A stretch of 64,000 nucleotides of DNA from Trichinella spiralis. Lineage: Eukaryota. The stretch spans positions 5,613,503-5,677,502 of the forward strand of contig NW_003526945.1 in assembly GCF_000181795.1 (NCBI RefSeq). The letters are read 5' to 3'. The stretch's first letter is position 1. Every line of letters begins with the position of its first letter. The notes below the pieces were generated by a model. That model saw only the letters and a program-made list of their open reading frames with translations, ran no database searches and had not been told where the DNA came from. This document shows positions 32,271-45,208 of the stretch, piece by piece. Position numbers and translations under genes: made by a program.

Positions 32271-35200
32271 TTATTCACCAATGTCAAACTTTTTTGAAGA
32301 ATCATTTCGTTTATGCAAAAGAAAAAAATCACCGCTGCAATAAACTGAAACAGTTTTTTTATTCAAATTTCTGTTTAGAAATCAGCATAAACTTGTCAGA
32401 TAATCTATAAGAATAAATGTTTTAAGTCAAAATTTAATTCTCTGTAGCTCAATCAATTATACAAAAATGTGAATTTCACTTTTTACAAAAGTTGCTTTAT
32501 CAAATGATGAAATAAAACTGTACGTTTTTGTTCAACGTATGGTGAAAAAATTCACTTGAAGATGCGCCTGGATTAACAGAAAAAAAGCATTTCACACTAA
32601 ATTAAAGCTTCAGTGCTAAACGCAAAAACCACCAACGTTGACGCAGTGAAATGTTAACATATACGAGCAACTGTTGCTCGCTAAGTGCAAATGACAGGCC
32701 ATTTTGCATACTACTTTCTCGCAGCGCAAAAAAGCAATTATGAAATGTAATTTCTTCCATAATATTAAACAGCAAATTTATTGGAATGTATAATATAACC
32801 ATAGTGACAATGCGTTCAACAATTTATTAGACGTTTTTCAAAATTACTGCTGATTTAAACATCTTACAGATATCAAATTAAAATAAACTAATTGACAGCG
32901 CAATCATAAAAGATTCCTTTACAAAAACACCGCTAAATCATAAAAATGTTCTCACCAGTTCGCTGCTTACCGGTGATCTTTATTAAAGTTAAACAAAAAT
33001 TTGCACACCAAAGATTCCAATTTCAATTTAGATCTTACCTATCTTACAACAGATTCCAATAAACGTTGAAAGGTGCTGAATTGTAAACAATTCAGTTCCT
33101 GAGAATTTTGAAAAATGAAAACCTTCTTAGTGTTTCACAAAAAGTTCAGCAATCTTAATTCAAAAATCAAACGTAATATAAATAAATAAAAAATAATGCA
33201 ACATTCATAAACAAAATTTATTTACTTTGAAACATAAACGTATCTCAATTTTTAACTACCGTAAGAATTAAAAATAATAAAGTTTAAAGTAGAAATCACT
33301 TCTTGTCCTTGTTTTCGCATTTCCATATAAATAAAAGTTGTTACCGCTGATACAGAACATCATATGCAGAACAAAAAGTCGCCTATATGAATAAAACGTC
33401 AGTGCATCTGATTAAATTTATGCTTCAGATAGCAGCATATAGATCACACTTTTAAAAACATTTCCCATAATTAATCATTGCTAACTGAATGGCATACAAG
33501 TGAACCTACAGATGAAAAATTGTGGAGATGACTACTTCGACTGATAAAAAAGACGCGGATGAAAACAGTACAACTGATGAAACTGAAAAATCAACTTACC
33601 AGAATCTTACGGATCAGATCTGTCTTAGATTCACAAATGATTATTTGTGGATCATGATTGACCCTCAGTACTTTTTAATAAAGGTTAAAAAATAGATCCG
33701 CATTTCTTTGCATGTGGAGAAACCATTGACTGCCGTCACTTTAGCTGAGACAAGACAAGATTTACGTCAAAATAAACGTAAATCACCATATTTCTGTAAC
33801 CAGTTTTTCTGAATATTTTGCCGCGTAATTTCGTAAAAATTATTTTTATTAAAAACCTTTCAAAACAGAAATATAGAGCAAAGACAGAGCTATCCTTTAA
33901 ACAAATTTAATTTGATTTCAGATTATTTTTACGTATTTCACTTTTTCTGGCTTCGGCACAATTTGACCACACGATTCTAAAAACGTACATTTCCACTTTG
34001 AGATGCTTCAGAAGGCCCATAAAAACTCATAGAACTGCCAAATCTTTTTAAACGCATAAAATTGTTTCAAAAGAGATGCCACAAAACCTTATATTAAAGC
34101 AATGAGAAATGACGGATAATATGCATTCAAAGCACGATCAGGTCAGATTGACCAGAACAATTCAACAGAAGGTTAATCTAATATGTTTCGCCCGTTCAAA
34201 CTGGTTAGCTGATAACGACTGCCTTATTGTTAAATGCCGTTCAAATGAACGTATCACTTGATTTTTGCTGAATACATAACATTTGTTTATATAGCAGATA
34301 TAGAAATTCAGCCCGCACTTAAGGACATGCAGAAATTCAGACAAAATGCATAAATACTGTTCTAACGAGAAACACCAAATCAGCAGAATTATAAAGGCTG
34401 CCATTAATAAGGAATGTTCCACTTTCCTTTATCATTTAAATCATAGAAAATTTTGCATCACTCTTACCCGAGACCTTCAATTTGATTCGAGTTGATAAGA
34501 GTTGGCACGATGCCAACAAAGTTGTTCTCGTAAACCAAGTGGCAGTATAAATCATGCAAGCAACAACTTAAGTGAACAAGTTGTAAAACAAAAATCATTT
34601 GGAATGGCGACATGGTAAAAACTCAAATACAAAATCAAAATTGATATCAACTGAAAATTTGATTCTTCAGCTTTGGATAATATTTTTTTATTTAGCTATT
34701 CAGTGCGCTATATTAAGATTTTATTTTTATGTAATTTATTTAAAACATAGCTAATTTGAAATTTGTAATTTTTTCAATTTATTTATTCAACGATGTTCAC
34801 TGTTCATGAAATTAAACCTTGAAGATTTTTAAAATATACTGTACATAGTGTTTTGTTGTTGGTTGTACTGATGCATTTTCAGTCATGATTAGTTGACAGC
34901 CCAGCGATAAACTGTAGGCTGCAATTTTATGAGACAAAGCTGGCTATGAAAACTAGATATCCCTGCGTTTCATATGGTCCATTATATATCAAATTATGAT
35001 ATGGCTATGTATCGAATGGGGATAATTTATCTTAAAGAATTCATCACTTCGCCAGTTTGAAACCGCTTGTAAATTGGGCCTGAAAGATGAGGCGGAAAAG
35101 ATTATTATAGTCAACAGCGCCATTAACTAAGCCGAAAGAATTCCAGAAAATCATACTGAAGTCCACTTTTCATCAAAATATGGTTCGTGCGCATCGCATG

Positions 35201-36728
35201 AAAGAAGAATTAAGAAGCAGCGTCAATAGCACAATTCAAAACGGACAAATGTACTATCGATTGAACGTTTAGACGAATTTCAAAATGATGGATAAAATGT
35301 AATGATGAGAAAAATGGAATCTACGTGCAAACTGAACAACACCATGCGACTGCATTTGACGTGTCTACTTTAACCAGCAAGCGCAAATAATACATATTCA
35401 GTTGCGCAGCTGCATGAAGAAAGCAGCAGGCAGAGAAACAATATTACGTTGACAGGAACACAAGAAGAAGAAGAAGAATAAAGCAAACTTTGTGCCCACT
35501 TAACATATGGTAGCCGAAGTATCATGAGGTAGCTGATTCAGTTTTACTTACTTGAAGTTTCACAGTAACCATTTTTCCCTACCATTGCTGCATAATTAAA
35601 TTTGATAAAACGCTGTTTATTAGTTTATAATAATATGAGAGAAGGGTTTAATATTATATGATGGATTTATTACAGTCTGTTTATTTCATTTTTTGTATTT
35701 TCCAGCACTGGAGTAGAAATACAAGGTACGGCAGTGGCCTTGTCATCACCTGATAAAAGTCCTCTGTACATAGTCTTACAATGCTTGAAAAACAAGTGCT
35801 TTGTGATAAAGTGGAATCTTCGAAAAGCAACTGCTTTGAAAGAAAGTCGATGGCTTTCAGTACAAAAATTACGTCGCTTTATCTACTCTGAAATGATTGA
35901 AGATGAATTAATGTTCCAAGTACTGGTATTTATGCAAGTAAAAGTTCTGTGACGAAGCCGTGATTTATCTCACGCACCAAATATCCCAATGGGAAATGAA
36001 GCTGCAGTTGGACGAGTTTAAGCATTTTTCAATGGGTCAATTATAAACAGCTCTATTTTTGTAATAATTACGGTATTTTGTTTTTAGCTTGTTGCAGATG
36101 ACTTAGAGCCGCAGTTATAGCCTAACCCTTAACTTTTGATTGCCGTACGGCTGATTACGTGGTCTGGCAACAACTTTATTCAAATTAGCATTTATTCCAT
36201 GTTTATTGTTTCTGTTTTGATGTTATATTATTCTTCTGCAACATTTGAATGTAGAACTAACTATGAAAAATAAATAACATATATATATATGCTAGTTTTT
36301 TTTGTGAATCTGTAAGAAGATGTAAAGATAAACAGGATCGATGGAAGCGCATGTTCTAACAATAGCATGAATACAAAATGTTTTCCAACATTAATTTTTA
36401 ACAACTTTTGCAGGCAAAATATTTTTCAACTCACGATCGCTCTCTCGTTGTTTTATCATTGCTACTTTCCCACGGACGCTTCTTACATTCCGTCTAATTA
36501 ATCGATATTCATTTAGTAGTTATACCAAGAACGAGATAATCATACCAAGACAGCTTTTTGTTGAAGAAACAACACCCGGGGAAAACCATTTGTCTTTTAT
36601 TCCACAATGAATTACAACTGATATTTCATTCATGAATAATTATTTCCATAAAAAGGCATGCCCAGAATAAACAGTTCTGCATACTTAGCATCCTGTTGGG
36701 GCGTGCACAAGAAATAAGTATTCAACCG

Positions 36729-37251
36729 TCAGTGAACTTTCTTCATTTTTTGAAACCGTTCATTCATTGACATTTGAGCCCTTTTAAACTTGTCTTTTAA
36801 ATGCGCAGATTCATAAGCTTGTTGGCCTTTCAATTCACCTTGATTGTATGCTCCATTTTTTAATGCAGTTGGTTTTCCAAGACGTACTTTGATTATCTTT
36901 GGAACTGGATTATTTTTTCTGATATTATCATTAACGATGGTCAATCTGGCATTTCCCAAGTCGATAGTAGTGGTTGTTTCTTCATCTTTATCTTTTCTTT
37001 CATTTGCGCTAAACGTATATAAAGCAAAATGAGAATTGAATACAAATAGTCTTCAAAATATCATTTGAAAATGCCAAAATATAAAATTTTGAAATATTGA
37101 AATTTTCTGGAACTATTTTCTGGATAAAATAAAGACTATACCGTGAAGTGACTGCTTTGACAATTCTTTTATCTGAAATTGACGTTACTTCGTTATCTTG
37201 CTTGATATTATGGCTACTGTTTGTTAGCAAAATCACTAATGGATTTATCAT
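36729..37251 (-). CDS. Hypothetical basic protein segment (2 exons), possibly the 3' part of the adjacent zinc-finger gene
   Basis: A segment ending ...KAVTSR at a gtatag donor (~37141) splices in frame via tttag (~37010) to ANERKDKDEETTTTIDLGNARL...KKVH*. No family was recognised. Confidence 0.35.
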
Positions 37252-37336
37252 TTGCTTTTCAAATATGCAATTTAAATTAACAGATAACTCCATGAATGTG
37301 ACTTTACAGTAAAATTGGAAATGTGTTACTTACTGT

Positions 37337-38022
37337 TTAATGTTTTCTGATTTAGTCAGAGAAAATTTTTTCGAATAAATTGTATAACGACCGACCAAAT
37401 TCGGTGGTTTCTTTCTTTTCCATTGGTGACGGTTTTTTTCTTTTTCACAAATTGCATTAACCTCAATGAAAAAATGCATTTATCAAGGTAGAAGTAAATA
37501 TTGCTTCAGATATTCTGCCCAATTACCATGCTTGGTGTAATGATCAACCGCCTTGCGTGCGCATTCAAATGTCCTCTAAATGATATTTCCCACAAAAATG
37601 CTCTTTTACAAATCGGACAGACGAATGGTCTTTGTCTTCTGTGCATTCGCATGTGATTGTATTTTGCGACATGATCACGGAACGTTTTCTGGCATATTTT
37701 ACACAAAAGTGCTTGATCCCTGCGTTGAATATTCACATGCGTCTAGAATAATTTCTCGTCACAGGATCAATTTATATTGAAATATGCAATATTTTTCTTA
37801 TTTTATATTTATAATTCATGCAGTAAAAATTATTTTAATTCTACTAGTTGATAAAATAGAATTACACAAATTATTTACAACAGAAAATGTGGATACAGTA
37901 GAAATGAATAAATATTTACAGCGACATTTTTCATAAAACAAAATAAGAATTACAACTTCAAAATGTAAAAAATTATTAAATTTCATTCTGTATTATTTAC
38001 AAACGTAATTTACTGGATTCAT
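37337..38022 (-). CDS. Small protein with two C2H2 zinc fingers; exons approx. 38022-38014, 37742-37527, 37461-37337
   Basis: CKICQKTFRDHVAKYNHMRMH-RRQRPF-VCPICKRAFLWEISFRGHLNAH. The first and last exons are inferred from splice signals. Confidence 0.7.
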
Positions 38023-39365
38023 TGTGAAGAATGTTCGACGTCCAAAACAATTTTCGATGATGAAAAGAATTCGATACGAACGGAATGACGGACCGTTAAG
38101 CGCAACTCCGCTGCAATGGAAATACAATGAATGTTGTAGTAAATTATATAATTTTGATGTAACGTAAAAATTATCAGAAGCGCATTTTGAAAGTTACAGT
38201 ATATCAAATTCATTTTTGTACTTTCCCGCTAGTATTGTAAATTTTGATCATGTTGCTAAAAATGTATTCAATGTAATTAAGTATATTTGTTATTAAATTG
38301 TTGCAAAAAATTTAATTATTTGCTATTTCTATTTTTTAAGCTTTCATTTATTTGTTAATAATGGCTCTACAAAGAACTAATGAATTTGTACATGAAATTC
38401 AGGTTCAATTTTCCTTATGTATATAGTAAATTTTGAAATATGCGTAAATTGTATTGTATTTTGTAATATTTATCCTGTTTTAGTTCAGTCAGAAAGTCTG
38501 GAATCTTAAATATTCATGTTTTACGCACTGTCACATTTATTATTATTATTTGTCGTTTTCACAAGTCAACTACAATTTCATGATTCAATTCGTCAAACTG
38601 TGCTGGCAAAAGCGTCGTCTTTTGAATATTTTTTTCTGGATTATACGCCATTACATGCTTGAAACAAACAACACAATTCGAATACAATCTGCTCGAGTTG
38701 GCGGTACTCTGCATGTTTCGGGTGCGGTGTAAAGGTTGTCTTTTGTAATTGGGATTTGATGATACTGTGGTACTACAGATTTTATTAAAGGGTAATTATT
38801 CTAACTGCATATTCAATTCTGGCTAAAGAGTAGGTGTCCAAAAGAAAGTCGAAATGATTATTACTCACGTCAAAGTACCATTGTAGAGTAAATCGAAAAA
38901 AAGAAAGATCAATACATTTTTTATATTTTCATTCACTGACAAAACAAGCTAGCAAAAAAGCATCGGTATACTGACGGCATGTGGATGAGTAATATTTTTT
39001 TGAATATTTCTGCAAATACAGCATCGTTTGTTTCTTTGATAATTCCTTTTCACATTTCATATGACAAAATTACAAATTTCAAACCCACTACCAATGATCA
39101 ACAGTGCTGGACTGGTTCAGTAAAATTTCGCTGATAAATAAACAAAATTCTTAAAACAAATTTTCACTTTCACATGCAACTCTATCTGCTCTGCTCTGCT
39201 GTTCTTCTCACAAATAATAATAATAATAATGATAATATTGCAATTTGAAATATACAAATACATTTTACAAGCAAGCATTAAAATGAATACATTCAGATTT
39301 GACAATTAACACTACGGTTAATTCGCCCTTGACATGTTTTAAGTAATAGAATATTTAAGTAGCGT

Positions 39366-41891
39366 TCAGTTTTCTTCACTCTCAGTGGTTCCAATATTGG
39401 AAATGGTGTCCTGCTTTTGTTGCATGAATTTCAAAATTTCCTCCTCACCCCAAGCTGTATTCAACATTTCTTTCAGCTTATTGTGCTGTTCAGCTAGCTT
39501 GCACAAATGATCCATTCCAGTGTTCAAAAGTTGGTTCAGATTTTCCATTGAATGGCAATCTAATTTCAACGGATTGTCGCCAGTGATGTACTCTTTGACC
39601 GCCACGAATATATCAACCAGAGATTGAGCCTGAGTTTCGGTCAATTTCACGCGAAAACCTTCCACCAAATGAATATAACCGTTCGCCACCAGTGCCAGTA
39701 CATCAATATCTTCTTGTCTCTTTTATTCAAAATAAAGCATATTAATAAAACAACACAGTGAACGTCGAAAACAACCTACCAGAATTTGTTCGCATTTCAA
39801 CAACTCATCCACACGTTGAATAGAAATTGGCAATTCATGAACATCCGCATCCATCTCCACTTTGGTCATGTCGACGTCCAAAAAGCTGGAAAACACAGTC
39901 GCCATCCATGAATGCACCAAGTCAACAGTATCTTGGTCGGTTTTCGATTTCACCACAAGAAATATCCATTCCAACGTCATGTTGAATGTCCGCATCAACA
40001 ATGCAGCACTGATACCGTATTCACCGTCTGACAAGTGGGCCACCGCCATGAAAACACAAAGAATTGCCTCGGCAAATTCATCTCGCTTTTCTGCCTTTTC
40101 CAAGTATTTCACCATAAGTGACAAAATTTCCACTGGTAAACCTGAATAAAAATTTTTTTTAATCGGCAGTAATTTTATTAAGAGCTTTTCAGAAAAGAAA
40201 AAATACAAATAATGACTGCAATATTCTTCCTACACGATTAATTAATTCATTCGTTCATTGAATCGACGCTAATTTTGAAAAATCAATATGCAATTCATAT
40301 TTTTTTGTAATTTCATACCTTTTTCAACAAGTTCTGGTGCAAATCTCAAAAAATTGCTCACAATAACAATCAACTTTGCCGGTACTTTCACTCGGTCATT
40401 TCCCTTCACTTCCGTGAGACAATGCAAAGTGAACAAGACCAAATCTCGAATATAATCTGTAATACGAATAAAACTGTCCGCATTTTCCAAAGACCACTGC
40501 TCGTGCAGAGGAAGCCACATCATCACTTCGAACACAAACTGGCAACAAGCTTGCATGCAGCATTGGAAATTTTCCGGAATGTTCACCAACGCAACTTCAT
40601 ACAAATACTGTATTTCGATGGTACACATAGCCAGAACAGCTTCGAACAATTTTACATTGCTGACAATCCATTGAATTCCAATCACATTAGTCAAACAACC
40701 AGCGGCTGTCACCGCTTCCAGACGTATACTTTCAGGTAAATTATTGCATAGCATCTTTCTAATCATCACCTTCACATCACTGATCCACGTAGCAGAAGTG
40801 CTATGACCGCTGTGGTTGCTACGATCAAAGTTCCCGTATTGCAGAAAGAAGCTGTTGAAACGAGACAAATTCTCAATCATGATTTTCGGATCGGCTTTCA
40901 TTTTGCCCACGATTAACTTCATAATCTTATTTGCCTTTGCACTGGACCAGTAACTTCCATCAAGCACTTTTTTCTCACATATATTCAAAGCGCAATTTAT
41001 AATGTTATTTGGCATTTTGTCGTAGACATTTTCAAATAAACAATACATTCGATCGAGCGAGCTGTTCGGAGCAGAGTTACTTTCGTACAACACTGCTAAG
41101 CAGAACAAACCATCCGACAAAACTTCGGCGTTTTCCGGCTTATAGTCGCCAGCAATTCTAAAAATAAATCATAAATACCATGCTCGACTAAAATATTCTT
41201 ATATCTCCAATGTATAAAAAATTAGTCAGCGCTTAATTCAAACTGTAAAAAAAAACTGCTAACATTGCAACAACTTGAATAAATTGCTTTGTGATGATTC
41301 ACGCAACAGGGCAATACGATGATTCATTTTCTGTTCACTGCATTTATTTATTATTCATCAACCATAAACAAACTTTGCAATTAAAATAAATAAATTAACG
41401 TGATAAATGAATGCCAATTTATTACTTTTCGTTATTACTCTAAAAATTCTATTATTCTTCTAAATTCAAAGCTGCATTTCAAATTCAAAATAGCTGCAAA
41501 AATTGAAAAACGAAAATGACATTTTCACTTGTACCAAACGAAAGAAAAAAAAGAAACCAAAATATCCTTACTTTTCTACGCATTTTATCAAGTCTTTAAA
41601 ACAACTGACAAATTTCTTTGAATTTGGCAGATTTTCTATAGATAGAAGTCGAGACAATATTGTCAATGCAGCAACGATGCCTTCTTCGGTATCTTCTCGT
41701 AAAAATCGTTGCATAAATTCAACAGAAATCTTGTCGTAAATTTCACAAATAAAATCATCTGCGTTATCATCCGACATGAGCAACGGAATAGCGTTCAATG
41801 CTGCTACAAGAGAAGTGTCATCATTGGCGACAGATAGCATTCGGCGACATTCTTCTACTTTCTCGCGCAGTGGAATATTTTTCTTGCTCAT
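39366..41891 (-). CDS. ncdn: Neurochondrin-like ARM-repeat protein; exons 41891-41572, 41157-40319, 40141-39780, 39719-39366
   Basis: EECRRMLSVANDDTSLVAAL...EIYDKISVEFMQRFL resembles NCDN LERCL.VL..A.NDSEQFAAL...RIFDAVGF.F..RLL. WISDVKVMIRKML...IRLEAVTAAGCLTNVIGIQWI and AVLAMCTIEIQ resemble NCDN RNPALKLAA.L....G.DWI and LLVNLACVEVR. Exons join in frame. The sequence is divergent. Confidence 0.7.
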
Positions 41892-43313
41892 AATTGAAAT
41901 CCTAAGATGAAGTTAAAATATCAAAAATTTAACATGCACATTATCAAATTTCTTTTCCACTTTCACGACTGCACAAATAAACTTATTTTACACATATCTA
42001 CAAACCATACACACTTAAACGTATATTAATTAACGCAAAAAAATCAATTAAATATAATTTATAACTTTTGTTTGTGCTTAAAATGACAGTAAAACCAACG
42101 ACTGTCAGCATATATTAACTCACAAAAAGAGAAAAGCAACAAAACCTACAGACAGCAAAGTGATTATCAAGTAAAATAGAAATGTACTAACAAATTTTGT
42201 TTTGCAGAAAACTTAGTCGTATTAAGATATTTCTAAAACTAAATGTTATGTTAAATTAAAAAAATACAATTATAATGCGAAAATCATGTGATATAATAAT
42301 ACTTGTTACAGTATGAAAATGGCAAACAGTACGAGAGTCTGGAAAAAAATATTGAAAATATTATATGTAAAAAATTATATTTATTATAAAATGAGTAAAA
42401 ATTGTATATTTCAAATATTGTAGCTTATCAAACAGCTTTAATGGGATACCATAACTTTACATGAAATTTTCGAGACGGAAACTTTGACCGATTTTGCGCT
42501 ACTTTTTCCAAATGTGCTATACTATAAATTAATGGCATAATTAAAATATATTTAAAAAATTTAATTCCAGCTTAAAAGTTAAAAAATGCTTTGCAGAAAT
42601 AATGTTTCTATGCATACATTGTAACCGATTTTGCAAAATGATTGCATCATCATTGTTTATCACTTGCATCAGCAGCTTCCGCCTTTTATATTTTATTCCA
42701 GTGTTGCTCCTGTATTACAATTATGAAATTATTTTTTAGACATAAAATGCAATAGAAAATTAGACTATTGTATAGTTTGTTATTTGAGTTTTTTGCCTTG
42801 AACAGCCCTGATGAATTGTCTAGAAAGTTCATAGCAAAAAACAGTATTGTGATATTTGATGCTAAAGCCTTCGTGAATATAAGAATTTCTTGGTCACATC
42901 GTCGATTGAAGTGCATTAAATGTACGCAGATTGTGATTTCATTACATTTTTAAAAATGTCATTGCTGATAAAATTAAGATTTGTCAACTTCTGATTTGAT
43001 TGATGCGTAACCAACTGATGATTATTTGGTTATTATTTTGTAATATATCCATAATATGTTTTTTAATGATAAAGTAGTTTTTGATATGTAAATTTCAAAC
43101 AATTTAATTGTACAAATTTAACTGTAATACAATATCAACAAGTATGTAAAAATTTCGATCGACGTATTCTGTAATAAGAACCAGTGTTTTGAAGAATATA
43201 ATTTATTAAATGATAGCCATCACCATGATCATGATCATAATCAATTATTGGAATGGTTCATTACCAAGAAAAATTAAAAATTACTTAATATTATATAAAA
43301 TGAGTTTAAAAAA

Positions 43314-43832
43314 TCAATGAAAATGCATTATGCGATTTTCATAAGTTCCATTTCGAACTGCCAATTCTGCCATTTGCATTTGATAGACTATATCACGACC
43401 GTTAGCAGGAATACGAAGGACATCGTTTATGCATTTTTCTGCCAGATCAACCTTCCATCTTGCGACGCTTATATAATCCTCACTTGCGATGTAAACAATC
43501 ACGTGATCGTAGTTAACGGGATGCACATTAATGGAGCATTGGCAAAAGTGTTCCATTCTTTTGATCGTACTGCCCCGAGGACCAATTAATCTCATTTTCA
43601 CGTTGTACGGATAGCCTGGTTCAGAGATGTACAGTTCTCTGATGTAGTATACAAATATCCCAAAAGCTGGTGGTTGCACGACAGTAGTTCTAAAACATGG
43701 AAAAGTAAACAGCTCGTCGATGTAGTATTGCAAAAGCTTCTGATTCCGGTCTTCCGGCTTCTGATATTTAAGCATCGCCTCCATCTTCTTCTGGATGTCC
43801 AAAAGGTAACGCGAGTCGTTTACGGAGCTCAT
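43314..43832 (-). CDS. Intronless STAR-family (GLD-1/QKI-like) KH-QUA2 RNA-binding protein, copy 1
   Basis: ELYISEPGYPYNVKMRLIGPRGSTIKRMEHFCQCSINV...VIVYIASED...RIPANGRDIVYQMQMAELAVRNGTY resembles QKI FVGRILGPRGLTAK...[20 protein letters not shown]. The first ATG is at 43832. Confidence 0.85.
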   Translation of the reverse strand: MSSVNDSRYLLDIQKKMEAMLKYQKPEDRNQKLLQYYIDELFTFPCFRTTVVQPPAFGIFVYYIRELYISEPGYPYNVKMRLIGPRGSTIKRMEHFCQCSINVHPVNYDHVIVYIASEDYISVARWKVDLAEKCINDVLRIPANGRDIVYQMQMAELAVRNGTYENRIMHFH

Positions 43833-44689
43833 GGCGCACGATGACACAACTACCAGCTTAATCGTACGGATTATGGTAGACTGACGCGTCAATCTTACCT
43901 GACAGTATTTAAAACCTGAGGTTATTTAATTTAAAGTTTATTTAATAATATTTTAAAGAATATTTATTTTAAGTATTTAAAGATTCCACTTTAAAACGCT
44001 TTATAAAATATCATTAAAAACTGTAATTAATATTGTATTTATTATTATTATTTATTAGAACCTGATAATTTTTAATTATATTATGCAACATCAGGAGTAA
44101 TATGGTATGTAAATGTTCTGTCAACAATAGCTATATTCACTATTTTTTAAAATATTGGTATTTGAATTTGGCATGAACTGCCTTTATGAATTGTCTTGAC
44201 AGTTCATAGCAAAAAACAGTATTGTGATATTTGATGCTAAAGCTATCGTGAATATAAGAATTTCTTAATCACATCGTCGATTCAAGTGCATTAAATGTAC
44301 ACAGATTGTGATTTCATTACATTTTAAAAAATGTCATTGCTGATAAAATTAAGATTTGTCAACTTCTGATTTGATTGATGCGTAACCAACTGATGATTAT
44401 TTGGTTATTATTTTGTAATATATCCATAATATGTTTTTTAATGATAAAGTAGTCTTTCATATGTAAATTTCAAACAATTTAATTGTACAAATTTAACTGT
44501 AATACAATATCAACAAGTTATGTAAAAATTTCAATCGACGTATTCTGTAATAAGAACCAGTGTTTTGAAGAATATAATTTATTAAATGATAGCCATCACC
44601 ATGATCATGATCATAATCAATTATTGGAATTGTTCATTACCAAGAAAAATTAAAAATTACTTAATATTATATAAAATGAGTTTAAAAAA

Positions 44690-45208
44690 TCAATGAAAAT
44701 GCATTATGCGATTTTCATAAGTTCCATTTCGAACTGCCAATTCTGCCATTTGCATTTGATAGACTATATCACGACCGTTAGCAGGAATACGAAGGACATC
44801 GTTTATGCATTTTTCTGCCAGATCAACCTTCCATCTTGCGACGCTTATATAATCCTCACTTGCGATGTAAACAATCACGTGATCGTAGTTAACGGGATGC
44901 ACATTAATGGAGCATTGGCAAAAGTGTTCCATTCTTTTGATCGTACTGCCCCGAGGACCAATTAATCTCATTTTCACGTTGTACGGATAGCCTGGTTCAG
45001 AGATGTACAGTTCTCTGATGTAGTATACAAATATCCCAAAAGCTGGTGGTGGCACGACAGTAGTTCTAAAACATGGAAAGGTAAAAAGCTCGTCGATGTA
45101 GTATTGCAAAAGCTTCTGATTCCGGTCTTCCGGCTTCTGATATTTAAGCATCGCCTCCATCTTCTTCTGGATGTCCAAAAGGTAACGCGAGTCGTTTACG
45201 GAGCTCAT
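44690..45208 (-). CDS. Intronless STAR-family KH-QUA2 RNA-binding protein, copy 2
   Basis: Same protein as copy 1 except VVPPP versus VVQPP. Two synonymous differences were seen nearby. Confidence 0.85.
   Translation of the reverse strand: MSSVNDSRYLLDIQKKMEAMLKYQKPEDRNQKLLQYYIDELFTFPCFRTTVVPPPAFGIFVYYIRELYISEPGYPYNVKMRLIGPRGSTIKRMEHFCQCSINVHPVNYDHVIVYIASEDYISVARWKVDLAEKCINDVLRIPANGRDIVYQMQMAELAVRNGTYENRIMHFH

Noticed and set aside
34950..34980. ACTAG...CCCTGCGTTTC, resembling a Helitron 3' end
   Set aside because: The hairpin is not convincing and there is no supporting element body.
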